64,000 nucleotides of DNA from Monocercomonoides exilis PA203 (lineage: Eukaryota; Protista; Preaxostyla). The notes below the pieces were generated by a model, which was given only the letters and a program-made list of their open reading frames with translations, was not told where the DNA came from and did not search any database. Location: contig LSRY02000039.1 of the NCBI GenBank assembly GCA_001643675.2, positions 744,001 through 808,000 on the forward strand, read 5' to 3'. The position numbers were made by a program, and so were the translations under genes. Below, piece by piece: positions 13,401 to 24,936 of this stretch. How positions within the stretch are numbered: the stretch's first letter is position 1; each line of letters opens with the position of its first letter.

Positions 13401-16042
13401 CCTCTCTCACATTTGATCGATTGGTCTGCAACAAAATAAACTGTGCGGTTAGCGTTCCTTCAATAGCAGCTCTTTCTCCTTCATCAGCTGAGTCCTCAGC
13501 AATTCACGGTTCTCCAATTTCAATGTTTAACAGCTCGTTTTCCAGATGTGTATCTTCTTCAGAAAAGGGAAGCATCCTGACTATGGATTCATGCACTAAT
13601 GTTGCATTTGATGGTGTGCAAATATCCTTTGATACGCCTGAGACTGAAGAGGAATCTTTGTTTCTTGGCAACAGTGAATTTGCAGAGATCAATGAAGATG
13701 CAGAAGAAGAGGAGGAAGCTGATGTGTGCACTTGGAATAATTCGGCTATTAGTCTTGTTTCAAGCACTGTTGTAATGAAAGATACCTCATTTACAAACTG
13801 TTCCAAAGGAGCACTTTCAATTTCTGGAGGTAGAGTTACTGTTGAAATGGGAATGTTTTCAGATAACAGTCCTCAAAACAAGATTTATCCATCTTTGCGA
13901 CGAAACATGCTGTGCGCAGATCAAGCTGTTCTTTATGTCGACAGCTTGAAAGGAGGAGATGGGGTCTTTCCTTCAGTATCTTACTGGATCTCTGATGATA
14001 AGTGCAAATACAATGGAGTACTTGAAAATGTGACCAATAAACTTTTTGTACCTACTTTTACAGACTTGAAATCAAAAACTGTTGGAGATATGATTGAGCT
14101 GACATTTTATGGAGAGCGACTTCTGCCGTGCAATCTATCGTTCCGCTTGATTAGTGTTTTGGATCAAGTTTCTGATTTGAAAAACTTTGACTTTACAGCA
14201 TTTCCAAGTGACACTGTGGCGCAAGGCAGCATTCCAGCTTCTGCTATTTCAGCAGCCCAAGCAGAGGTTGAGGTGTCTATCGTTGTTGTTTATGGCTTAG
14301 AAAATGAAAAATTGCAGACATTACCATATGTATTGAAGAATAAGACTGATCCAGTTAAACCTGAACCTCAAGAACCTAATGATGATAATAAGATCACAAA
14401 ATCATCAAATACAGGAACAATAACTTTGGTGTTGATGATTATATTTTTGCTTCTGTTTATTGTTGTTGTTGTAGTTCTGATTGCATATGTTATTCGCCAG
14501 CAAAGAAGAAAGCGTGAAATGGAGAGTGTCAATCATTCGTATCACAAAGAGATAGAAATGACATCAATGATAGGGGTTCCAATGAACACTGTTGATGTGT
14601 ATCAATACGATGAGCGTGTGAGATGCAAAGACGGAAGAGTGAAGGTGAAGAGGAGAAAAGCTCGTCTAGATTCGTCAAAAGATAGACTTCTTCCGCCACA
14701 GGCAGATACTTCAGACATCTTGTCTGCAATGAATGATTCAACTGATGATAGTCAATGGGAATGGATTTATGATGATAGCGATGAGTCAATGGATGTTGAC
14801 AGCACAAGCAAAGATCGGTACAATCATTTTTCGAGGAGGCCGATTTCTCCATCTTCCTCAACAACCTCTGACTCAATTTCGACTTCGACAATATGCGATA
14901 TACAGGAGATGGTACCAACAACTTCATCGATTTCCAACCTTGTGGAAGGAATGTCCTGTGAAACGCCTTATGAAACCATCATTGTTGACATGAGGGATTC
15001 GCTGTATTGCGGAATCCATAACGAGAAGAACAAGCATCAGCACCTCTTTGCGACTGCTGCGCAAAAGGAACTTTCTGCCGCCCGGATATTGTTCTGGGTG
15101 ATTGTTGGGTGCGACCACATTTTGTCTATGAACATGATGACTGAGGTTGTTGCTCTTCTTTCTCCTCATGTGATTTTATTTGGAGACGAAGGAGTAATTG
15201 TGCTAGGTGTTGAGAAGCATGGTGGCTCATCGAAAAAGGGAGATTCATCTGAATCTATTGCAAGTGAAAGCGATACGAGCGATACAACAAAGAAGGACAA
15301 TTCTGACGATGAAGAAGGAATACAATTCGTCGAAGCAGGCCGCTGGAGTGCACCTGAATTGACAAAGTCAGCAACTCATGGACCGACCGAGAAATCTGCT
15401 GCATTTTCAATTGGTATGATTCTGTGGGAGATTATGACGACAGAGGTGCCATTCCAGGATTATGATGCCATTTCTGCTGGAATGAAGATTGCGTCTGGCG
15501 TTTTCCCTGATCTTGACCTTACCAGAGGCACACCATATGGAAATCTCATTCAAACATGTGTTGTAATGAACCCTGCTGATCGGCCGTCATTTACAGAATT
15601 GAAGCGGGAGCTGATAACACATTTCCCTGAAGGATTTGCGACTCTTACGCAGTCAGACGCAATAGACTTGAACTCTGTTGATGCAGGTGACTCGGATTCG
15701 TCTGAAGGAAGCAGCTCGTTGGGCAGCAGAGACTATCCAGCAGAAGATCAGGTTGATAATAGCGAAAGCGATGATGATATGGCTATGTCAGACAGCGATG
15801 AAGAAGGCAATAACAACATTTCAGACAATACTGCTGTAGCTCCTAATGATCTGAAAGCGAACGATGGGTTGTTGACCTCAGCTCGTAGTAATGCAGACAT
15901 GGAGTCTGCTGGGCTGCTTCATGACAGTGGAAATGACGATGACAATTCTTCATTGAAGCCAACTGATGCTGAAGATGGAGTATTTAAACCGCAAACATCA
16001 TTTTTTTCTGAATCTGCAATAACTACTCCAACAGATATATAA
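4406..16042 (+). CDS. Giant single-pass membrane protein: signal peptide, beta-helix/PMP-like ectodomain, 179-aa repeats, TM helix, TKL-like pseudokinase C-lobe (3878 aa)
   Basis: Uninterrupted ORF. Hydrophobic N-terminus (FLLFMLVNFLLLIGL). GGG/GGA-I motifs with FxxC/FxxN and Cys modules (DxxxCGxxxxPCxTLxY). TM at ~14420-14494 followed by RQQRRKR. Kinase subdomains VIII-XI (RWSAPE, FSIGMILWEIMT.EVPF, P.DRPSF.EL) with no GxGxxG, VAxK, HRD or DFG. Confidence 0.92.
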   Translation: MTQRFLLFMLVNFLLLIGLDESQKFKLLRPPNNENHNINNNFLQFSSYSENINKNTTFSLDNIFENSYPPLKAIQQGNTCGVVLYNQTGIINSSVNLLDLNLINYRSETYFSVSSSSTFYVRSCIFSLFCPHLPSFISSSHSLISLFNISLKPTTYSLQMPILLSPISELIDENFLGSISVSQSFFSSFTLNSYPFISSISAPFTFISDSIFYNISKMQCEMMQNLPIYQSNEILTSCSFSSVDDAFYDGIIRSINSFGSSLNLFNSSFSSCSRATNIDISNNKRMSQQVLSSGTSHSFTSCEWHDRHADALSPGGWVPACSGGGIFLNIVVNAIVTVNKCLFDSCNATSRGGGICVKGLNSLILTETRFSNCTCGENGGAFDVRDVSACLKIGKCQIEQCSGQYGGACYIHVEKTVQSTCTTNALMNDENAADGDGSGSCFYDNTYKQCYAIKGYGGAMQLFTNATEYNLRNCQFVSCWTVEHGGAFTYQFNTSTIPENRVPFYFLLFITNKCTNPNPFGHDVSIFDNMATAKIRYNPSPFVNCLSTHGNDNSIHYSRSAGGTGYKQWMSSMTMSRQIATNGSDESEFCGLGSWIECKTVSYAVSQAFTGVKSTMDMSQNDFTETKEISCGVNEVSLSGKMTDTGGTTIKTQMSSAGKSLFSASTGSFTLSDFEIIHDSSHSNNLDCGLFKLTGSGSIKISGVDISAGEGHAEANAFSVALVNINSGTIEMSSVKWSQIFTEKTIFQIPNSNTTTASLISCSFTNVKPTNGISSIFNFKSNNLKLTVSDCNMTGCGSASTTEGGAMTIGIGTTNDVAISGGNVSSCVASESNGLGGGFYLQFTDASRGLTINDVQFTDNKAKHGHDIFVYSPSLKSTVEANIFKFLNDSDEFLELVEGFNNGNASFAIPLCLYLKSAETIGISTAYGENFDACGFTGYPCETLDYAFTRQSITHSITFFDASSLKGQTFLNSGTYSAFFEGETKAKLTLNYETPVSGAFAVCSVKTEFRNIVFELPQNIGSFTSIFSVTASTLTITNCELAPNPDGTALTCGFAVVTSGAVTVDGFAASNCVFTLVPAFSASGSTSILDINSLALNNVQSTSTSGLLSTENGAQMKLSVLSYQSNALPLTKFTVNGKVETLASVFITTAPSTITFGKDGTTSFDISCASGSELTEGLFCVEHAVDFRKINFLIPSSLTPCTSLIEQKSETLKVKSCSVAMQAGQTDVIAFSLLSIQGGNAEVESLSIEGLQFTPSLVKVGSVDATVELLSFQLNDVSSTEKLIEIVSGGGVTLTGFSYSIMDTARNAEKTLSIGGKVKVEESIFVKDGSLTFGESLETEAFQKISTIEGIEAARGLFVSGHSSTFNSIEFVVLSSLNQATALIEQTTETLQLKSCKLSRDSGQSGAIEYSLLIVQSGRAEISLLSLESLEFAPSLIKTSSADAEMELNTFSLKDVSSTEKLIEIGEGGSAFLKEFSYAITDITRNAEKRLTIGGKVKVEEDIYVSDNSLTFGEVKADGTYRKLSTLEGKDASMGLMKVEHSATFNSVEFVLAPSLTISTLFEQTAETLLLKSCTVSKGSGEGDAIVYSFITAQNGLIKVDALTMKTLKFTPSLLKTEDASVSLELSSFDLKDISCTEKFVELAPGGKVTIKGFSYVDSLSAESAESAESAESAEKTLTIGGEIEAETSISLNNNALTFGEEKEEGSYQKITTVGGKDTAEGLIICGHSTTFNSVEFVIEPVLSQATALIQQTAETLNLKLCTASMNPTATGAIEYTLLLIQNGKLILDKLSLEAVSFTTSLLKTESATAMLDISSLILKDVICDDKLVDLFEGGSATIAGFSYSKTYSIENAEKRLTIGGEIKIEESIFVKDDSLTFGEVKAEGTYQKITTVEGKNVAEGLIISGHSSTFNSINFVVFSSLNQATALIEQTAETLQLKTCSVSMELGQTDSIEYNLLRAQNGNLNIDKLSLETLKFTPSLLKMVDASVVLELTSLRLKDVSSIEKLIELAPGGRATIKGFNYLKSDNVDNIEKSLTIGGKVIVEESIFVSENSLTFGEEKTEGIYQKITTVEGVEASGGLIVSSHSSTFNSIEFTVLSALGQATSLIQQTAETLHLKLCTVTLQEGQTGVIEFSFLSEVSGEATVESLPLKNLQFKPSVLKTENSVAVLHLVSFSLKDVSSEGGLIELAEGGSATISGFSYSKTDSVTNLEKSLTIGGEIKIEESIFVKDDSLTFGEVKAEGTYQKISTLAGKEASDGLIIVEHATTINSIEFDILSSLVQAASLIEQKSETLKLVSCTVSLNPDQTAAIDYSFLIMKNGVGEISSLSLEDLKFTQSLMKIENAEATLEMSLLNMKDVSSTEKLIEIVSGGGVTLTGFSYSIMDTARNAEKTLSIGGKVKVEESIFVKDGSLTFGESLETEAFQKISTIEGIEAARGLFVSGHSSTFNSIEFVVLSSLNQATALIEQTTETLQLKSCKLSRDSGQTDSIVYNIIKGEGQSVLQILDTNLLNGISFNAYVIELQEDASCEINTIKIQDVSFDDYGAFVHGGNKKLVSVCNLELVSASSSKNSLFLIENGSSLSIDSSNTSSLNSTALNGGLINSFVGKDSKIIIVNSNITACLVGVGGGCGGCIFCTLDQNGCFNITDCSMTENMVSEENGKGGAIYLQCNQQSSDAFDFTFTDIDGNKAHLGMLLYLKAPMLKTTALQSKFHMDFRDLNDNSNLMFGDGSYDYPGGTSLLELWEYKSHVIYVGNSYVGQDFALCGSSSSPCRSLNYGVERLTGELQQLFVVDECKMTAEVDLTDRRLSGKGQIGTVTVSSSSANNANDGSAPIHLLCGGDVTVELLNFKLPSVINSEHFVYATSGDIHFSTISFESFEAPQQSAFPFSLFNISCSTISISNINILNAMFGKAVFVMSTVKAISVSNVKLNGLTIEQGDIFSCTSLEILLNNITLEKATIQTGSAIAIAGTNTTLKECTISDITLAEKCLISVNLATSTSLTFDRLVCNKINCAVSVPSIAALSPSSAESSAIHGSPISMFNSSFSRCVSSSEKGSILTMDSCTNVAFDGVQISFDTPETEEESLFLGNSEFAEINEDAEEEEEADVCTWNNSAISLVSSTVVMKDTSFTNCSKGALSISGGRVTVEMGMFSDNSPQNKIYPSLRRNMLCADQAVLYVDSLKGGDGVFPSVSYWISDDKCKYNGVLENVTNKLFVPTFTDLKSKTVGDMIELTFYGERLLPCNLSFRLISVLDQVSDLKNFDFTAFPSDTVAQGSIPASAISAAQAEVEVSIVVVYGLENEKLQTLPYVLKNKTDPVKPEPQEPNDDNKITKSSNTGTITLVLMIIFLLLFIVVVVVLIAYVIRQQRRKREMESVNHSYHKEIEMTSMIGVPMNTVDVYQYDERVRCKDGRVKVKRRKARLDSSKDRLLPPQADTSDILSAMNDSTDDSQWEWIYDDSDESMDVDSTSKDRYNHFSRRPISPSSSTTSDSISTSTICDIQEMVPTTSSISNLVEGMSCETPYETIIVDMRDSLYCGIHNEKNKHQHLFATAAQKELSAARILFWVIVGCDHILSMNMMTEVVALLSPHVILFGDEGVIVLGVEKHGGSSKKGDSSESIASESDTSDTTKKDNSDDEEGIQFVEAGRWSAPELTKSATHGPTEKSAAFSIGMILWEIMTTEVPFQDYDAISAGMKIASGVFPDLDLTRGTPYGNLIQTCVVMNPADRPSFTELKRELITHFPEGFATLTQSDAIDLNSVDAGDSDSSEGSSSLGSRDYPAEDQVDNSESDDDMAMSDSDEEGNNNISDNTAVAPNDLKANDGLLTSARSNADMESAGLLHDSGNDDDNSSLKPTDAEDGVFKPQTSFFSESAITTPTDI
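7750..11890 (+). repeat. Eight tandem coding repeats, 537-bp (179-aa) period
   Basis: The anchor codon (I/V of IGG/VNG) falls at 7808, 8345, 8882, 9443, 9980, 10517, 11054 and 11591. Spacing is 537 bp, except one 561-bp spacing containing the SAE(n) expansion at ~9386-9430. Confidence 0.92.
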
Positions 16043-17334
16043 AAAAGGAAAAAAAAATCATTTATTTTGATAAAGAAAGAGGGATTTAATATTTCACCAA
16101 GCATTTTACATCGATGAAGTGTTGTATCAATCGTTTCTCTTTTCTTATATTAGATGTGATATTTTATAAATCTTGTTTTGTTGCTGTTACATCTTTTTTT
16201 TAAACTGTAAGTTAAGAGAATGGTATACTGTACTTATTTTATTTATTTGTTAAATATTCATTTTATATGCTTTTTCATTCTTATGTATTAATCATATCCC
16301 AAATACTGTGAATACGTATCTTTTCTCTCTTTTGTCTTCATTTTCAATTTGGTATTTGTTTATTTAGAAAGTTGATATTTTTTTAATTTATATTTTATTC
16401 TTTGATCTTATTTATGAGTAATTATTAGACTTAATTGTTGCCTGATCTTTAAGTAAGTATTTTCTATGTTATCCGTATTCTTTTTACATACTCATATTTT
16501 TTTAGAAAGATATTTCATAATTTTTTTTTTATAAAGGTGCAAAGCATATTTATCTTATAATCTTAAATTGCTTCTTCAGTAATCTTCTCTTCTTATGTAT
16601 TTTCTCTATGTCTCTGTCTCTATCTCTATTTTTGTTTTTTTTTTTTTTTGAACTGTAAATATTATTTATGTTAATTGGATTTGTTGAAAGCTTTTATCTG
16701 TCTTGCAATTAATCAGATGGATAAATAAAAACTGAATCTGATTGTGTATTATTTTGATATTATAAATTATAAGTATGTGTATGTTATGTTTGATATTTTT
16801 TGTTGATCTTGGCAACTTGATATATGAATTTTTATTTATTTATTTTTTGTTATCTTTTTGTGAATTCTGTTGCATTTATTTTATCCTCTTTATTATCTGG
16901 AGCAGTTGGGTTTAATTGCTGAACTCTATCAAATTCTTATTAAAAATTTTATAAGACTGTTATTTTTCATTTAGAAGGATTTTGATAGGTTGATCGCAAA
17001 ATTGGCTTGTTTTCATGTTTGTGTTATCAAGTCAAATATTATTATGTACAGTAATAATATGCATTTTTCCTGATTTATCCAATTGCTATTTGAATTTTTT
17101 AATTTTTTTAAAGCATTTTTTTATCATGAATATTTGAATATTTTTTTGATTCATTATCAAGTTTTTTCTTCATTGGACGTGTATTATTATTTAATTTTTA
17201 AAAATCAACTCCTCATTTGCAATAAAGAAAGCAATGGAAGAATTTTAAATGTATGTATTCTTTCAGATTTTGGAATGTTTTTTCTTTTCAAAAAAAAGAG
17301 TTTTGAAAGATAATTGAAAAATCAGGAAATGAAT

Positions 17335-17371
<37 letters not shown>

Positions 17372-17642
17372 CTGGAGTAATCATGTTGAGTAATTATTTA
17401 TGAAAACAAATACTTCTTCCATTTTTCATCAATTGCAAAAAACTGCAAATTGAAATGAATCAAAAAGGAAAAAAAAAACAAGTGTTTACAAGTTTTTTAT
17501 TGTTGATTTTTTTGAAATTTCTTCAAGAGAATGAGAGCTTCATTAATCTAATCAAAAAAAAAAAAAAAAAAAAATTCTATTTATGAATTTTATTTGAAAA
17601 GTTCATTTTTTTTTAATATCATGTGAAAATAAAAATTGAATA

Positions 17643-18819
17643 GGGTCAGTAATTTATCATATGGCTGATCCTTTTTGAAATCATAGTTTCGTTCGAGTTT
17701 TGATCAATATTTTTATCTCAATGGGATTTTGAAAAAAATAATATTTCATATAAATATCATCATGTACCGTATGCAATAACTGTTGTAGTTCATTTTTTTC
17801 AAAATCCCGTTGAGATTGAAATTTTGATCATAACTCGAACGAAAGCATGATTTCAAAAAGGATCAGCCATATTCCCTTTTTTTTATCGGGACCGAAATTT
17901 TCTGGCTCTCCATAGCACTTTTAGAAAAAAATAAATAATAGAAAATTTGAAATATATTATAATAAGCTATTCCGGATAATATTTTTTATTTTTTCAATTT
18001 TAGTGAAAAGATCTGGTGTTTTTTGTTTTATTTTTTTGATCAAAGACTTTCTCATGTTTCAATGAGCTTTTTGCTTTGAGATTTTTAAGTGTTGTTATTG
18101 TTATTGAACATAACTTCTTTATAATTTTGGTTGTTTTTCATTGTTAAACACTTCATTTTTTTATTACTTTTTCCATTTCTCAAAATTTCAATAAATAGAA
18201 GATTATGTCGTGATTATTGAGTTGCTTTGTTTTTAAATTTTGTAAAATATTTGAAAAAATGAATGTAATGATTATTACAAAAATTATGAAACGAAAGAAT
18301 GTGATATGAAGTTAAAGATTCGAAAATACACAAAATCAAATTTTTTTGAATAATAATTTCAATCATAAAAAATTCAAGATTTTCTTCCTTTTGAATTCCT
18401 TTGTTTATGGATAATTTTCATATTTCGACTTTTTATAAGACAAAATATCTCCTTTGTTCCAATAAAATCTTCTATTAATTGAAAATTTGAGAAATGGAAA
18501 AAGTAATAAAAAAATGAAGTGTTAAACAAAGAAAAATAACCAAAATTATAAAGAAGTTATGTTCAATAACAATTACAACACTTAAAAATCTCAAAACAGA
18601 AAGCTCGTTGAAATATGAACAAATCTTTGATCAAAAAACAAAACGAAAATACTCCAGATCTTTTCACTTAAATTCTAAAAATATAAAAAAAATTTTCAGG
18701 AATAGCAAACATTAACATTTTGAAGGTTTCCTGTTATTTCAATTTTTACAGAAGTGCTCTTGAGAGCCAGTAAATTTCGGTCCCGATAAAAAAAAGGGGA
18801 TATGATAAATTACTGAACC
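17643..18819. mobile_element. Foldback-type non-autonomous DNA transposon with ~350-bp inverted arms, TA flanks
   Basis: The left arm (17643-~18204, interrupted by a nested element) is the reverse complement of the right arm (~18466-18819), e.g. TATCGGGACCGAAATTT/AAATTTCGGTCCCGATA and GTGAAAAGATCTGG/CCAGATCTTTTCAC. TA at 17641-42 and 18820-21. No ORF. Confidence 0.85.
17663..17868. mobile_element. MITE (206 bp) nested in the left TIR of the 17643-18819 element
   Basis: 77-bp inverted arms with 7 mismatches; the first 22 bp are perfect (GGCTGATCCTTTTTGAAATCAT). Flanked by ATAT/ATAT (or TA/TA). Removing it restores the host TIR to match its right-hand copy. Confidence 0.9.
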
Positions 18820-20024
18820 TATCTGACAATATTTTTTTGTAAAGTGACTTGTTTGATTTCGTGTTTCAAAAAAAAAAAATTCATTTTAATCCAAAATTAT
18901 TGTATTAAGTCTTTTTTGAAATCCTGATTTTTATTCATTGCTCATAAATTAAACGTTTTTCAATAAACTTGCAAATTTTTATCTATGTTTTTGACTGTGA
19001 CTTTATTCATTTCTTTTTCTTTCTTTCATGATAATTTTTAAATTAATATTCATTTCCAAAGATAATACTTTTCATTGAATTTACTATCGTCATTTATAGA
19101 ACACTGTGTAACAATGAACATAGGCTATTATTCAAAAAATCAAAACTTTTTTCTGGGTGTTCATAATTGTGTAAGTGCATCGCCATTTACTTATTTTTTT
19201 ATTCAAAAATAAAATGCTTATCCATTTTTTCAAAATCAAAAGTTAGATAAAAAAAATAGTTGAAGCATCATTCTACAGATCTATCACATTTCAGTGTCCT
19301 TTCACAAACATTCATAACAAATATTCAAACCAAAAATTTTGGCAGAAAAAAATGTTATTTCAAATACTATCACTCGTGTGTAAACAAAATAAAAATTTAC
19401 AAAAAAGGATTTCCCATTTTTCGAAAAAAAAAATACGGCAAAATTTCTCCAAGTGCATGATTTATTGGTGAAAAACTCTCAAACCTTGATTTTTTTCAAA
19501 ACATCATAATTGTTTGACATTGTGATTTTTACAGATCATTCTTAAAAAAAGAAAGAAAGAAAATGTTCATTCACTGAAAAATGTGACAACGAACAAAATT
19601 TCTTAACAGTGATGAGATTAGATTGAAAGCGGCTGAATAGTTGTTTGGTGTTAAAAAAAAAATTAGGTATAATCCGAAGTAATTGTCATCCTCAGATCTT
19701 AATAAAAATTTGTTTGTTATTCAACAATGCATAGGTCATTAATGCTATACTATTGTCGCATATCGGAAGTCTATGGTTTTGGTTAATAACTTTTTTAACT
19801 ATTTTTATGATCTAAAAAATAATTAGGAATAAAAATATTTATAGCGATATATTTCCATCAAAGCAATGTGAAAAAACTTATGCATGATTAAAATGATGAG
19901 AAATAATCATCAATAATTATTTAATGGGTTCTAAAAAGATGCAATTTTTTCTCTTTTTAACAAAAATTAATTTTTCAATTTTTGATTTCACTTTTATTTG
20001 TGATTTTTTTTAAAAAAAAAATAT

Positions 20025-20264
20025 GTCAAAATTTTTTTGAAAAGTTCCTTTTGTTTAATTGTCAGGTCAAAAAGAAAAATGAATATTTTCTTCAAATTTT
20101 CATTCTTACTCACCATAATTTTTAAGAATGTGAAAAAAACATTATCGAGCATTAATTCACATGCTGGTTAATTTTGGTGAGTAAGAATGAAAATTTGATC
20201 GAAATATGTAATTTTTTTTTTATTCGAAAATTACACAAAAGGAACTTTACAAAAAAATTTTGAC
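20025..20264. mobile_element. MITE (240 bp), ~95-bp imperfect inverted arms, ATAT flanks
   Basis: GTCAAAATTTTTTTGAAAAGTTCCTTTTG ... CAAAAGGAACTTTACAAAAAAATTTTGAC, with inner pair CATTCTTACTCACCA / TGGTGAGTAAGAATG. ATAT at 20021-24 and 20265-68. Confidence 0.82.
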
Positions 20265-21690
20265 ATATGAAAGATAAATCATTCCACAAATTTTTAAAAT
20301 CAAAGTGCAAATGAATTTATTAAGATATTTCTTCTTTTCAAAGAACTGAAACTGAAAAATAAAAAAATTAATTTTGATCAAAACTCATGAAACAAAAAAT
20401 TATCAATTAATTGAGTGGAATTTCTAATCCGAAAAAAACACATTTCCGATACACAAAACAAATATATTCGTTCTTGAAAAATGTTAAAAAGATAAAATAA
20501 TTATGAATTGGTGTGTTTTGAAGATGACTATATCTTCGGATCATGCCAAAATTATGGAAGTCGATTAGCAAAAATCTTAATGCTTCAAAAAATATCAATT
20601 GAACGCTCATTTTTTTTTTTTGACTTTTTGCAATTTTATAACAAAATGTTGACAGATGAAGTAATTTTTACGCACAAATTTGAGAGTGTGGCAACATTTT
20701 CAACTTTAAGAAGAGAAAAACGGTGAAATAAATAACAACATAATTTCTCATTTCAAATATTATCATTCATTTAATAAACAATCAAAAATTCATTATTGAA
20801 GCCTTTTGAATAGAACATTAAAAAAAATTCATATTAAATTGATATGAAAAAACATGAATCTAACAACACTCAACGATTCAATAATTTGAAAAAAAAGTCA
20901 GAATTTCAATCTCAAAAAAAGAAAAAATAAGCAAAATGATAACACTATTTATTAAAAAGCAACAAATAGAAAAATGAAATTCAATTCATCATTAAAAATT
21001 GGCTCATTTCTTCCAACTCTCCATGCTTGAAAGAACATAAACAATTTACATTGGAAGAAACTCCAAAACAGAAATTGCAGAAATATTCAAAATAATCAAG
21101 CAAATGGCAGCATTATTAATCTGAATTCCCAAATTATTATTTTTTCAAAGAAAAAACAGATTATAAACAGCTTATACACAAACCAGTAGAAACATTATCA
21201 CATGAAATGCTCAGACATCATTGAAAAAGAAAGAAAGAAAGAAAGAAAGAAAGGAGAAAACAAATCATCTTTTTTTTTTTAAAACAGAAAGTTAACAGAT
21301 AAATAACTTCTTTTATTTTTCACGCTCTTTGAAAGACACTCATAACAATAGACTAACTACAACATATTTAGAAGAAGGAGTCAAACTCAAATTATTAAAT
21401 AGAAGATGCTATTTGATATAAAAAAGGCAAAAAGCAAAAGGCAAAAGGAAAAAAAAAAGAAACCTCAAATTAACAAAAGATTATCAACATTAAAACATTT
21501 CAGCTTTGCTTCATTTATTTCTTTCCCCTTTAACCTTCAATTACAATTCAATTCCTTAACATATCCATTAACTTCACATCACTTTCTTTTTCTTTTTCCT
21601 TTTCCTTTTCTTTTTCCTTTTCTTCTTTTATCCAATTAACACATTTTTTCAAACCTCTTCTCCCTTCTTCATTCTTTCCAATCCCTCTTT

Positions 21691-24866
<3,176 letters not shown>

Positions 24867-24936
24867 TTGTTAATCCTTTTTTTAATGGGAAAGATTATTT
24901 TTCGATCGCAAATTATTCCCTTAGTTCATATCATTT
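24867..24936. promoter_or_regulatory. 70-bp head-to-head gap between start codons (candidate bidirectional promoter)
   Basis: Kinase ATG at 24866 (-) and inferred giant-protein ATG at 24937 (+). Contains GGGAA...CGATCG...TTCCC dyad symmetry. Confidence 0.55.

Noticed and set aside
15340-15620. Active receptor tyrosine kinase call for the giant receptors
   Set aside because: The Gly loop, catalytic Lys, HRD and DFG are absent in both paralogs.
17337-17371. 35-nt poly(T) run (and a 20-nt poly(A) at 17554-17573) as a retroposon tail
   Set aside because: No target-site duplication or recognisable body; homopolymers are common in these intergenic regions.
19100-19180. Weak inverted repeat (ATGAACA...TGTTCAT)
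   Set aside because: Too short and degenerate to distinguish from chance in AT-rich DNA.
19620-19790. Slightly GC-richer intergenic patch as a possible ncRNA; shares GAAAGCGGCTGAA with ~49820
   Set aside because: No tRNA, snRNA or snoRNA structure or boxes that I can support; a single short match is not sufficient.
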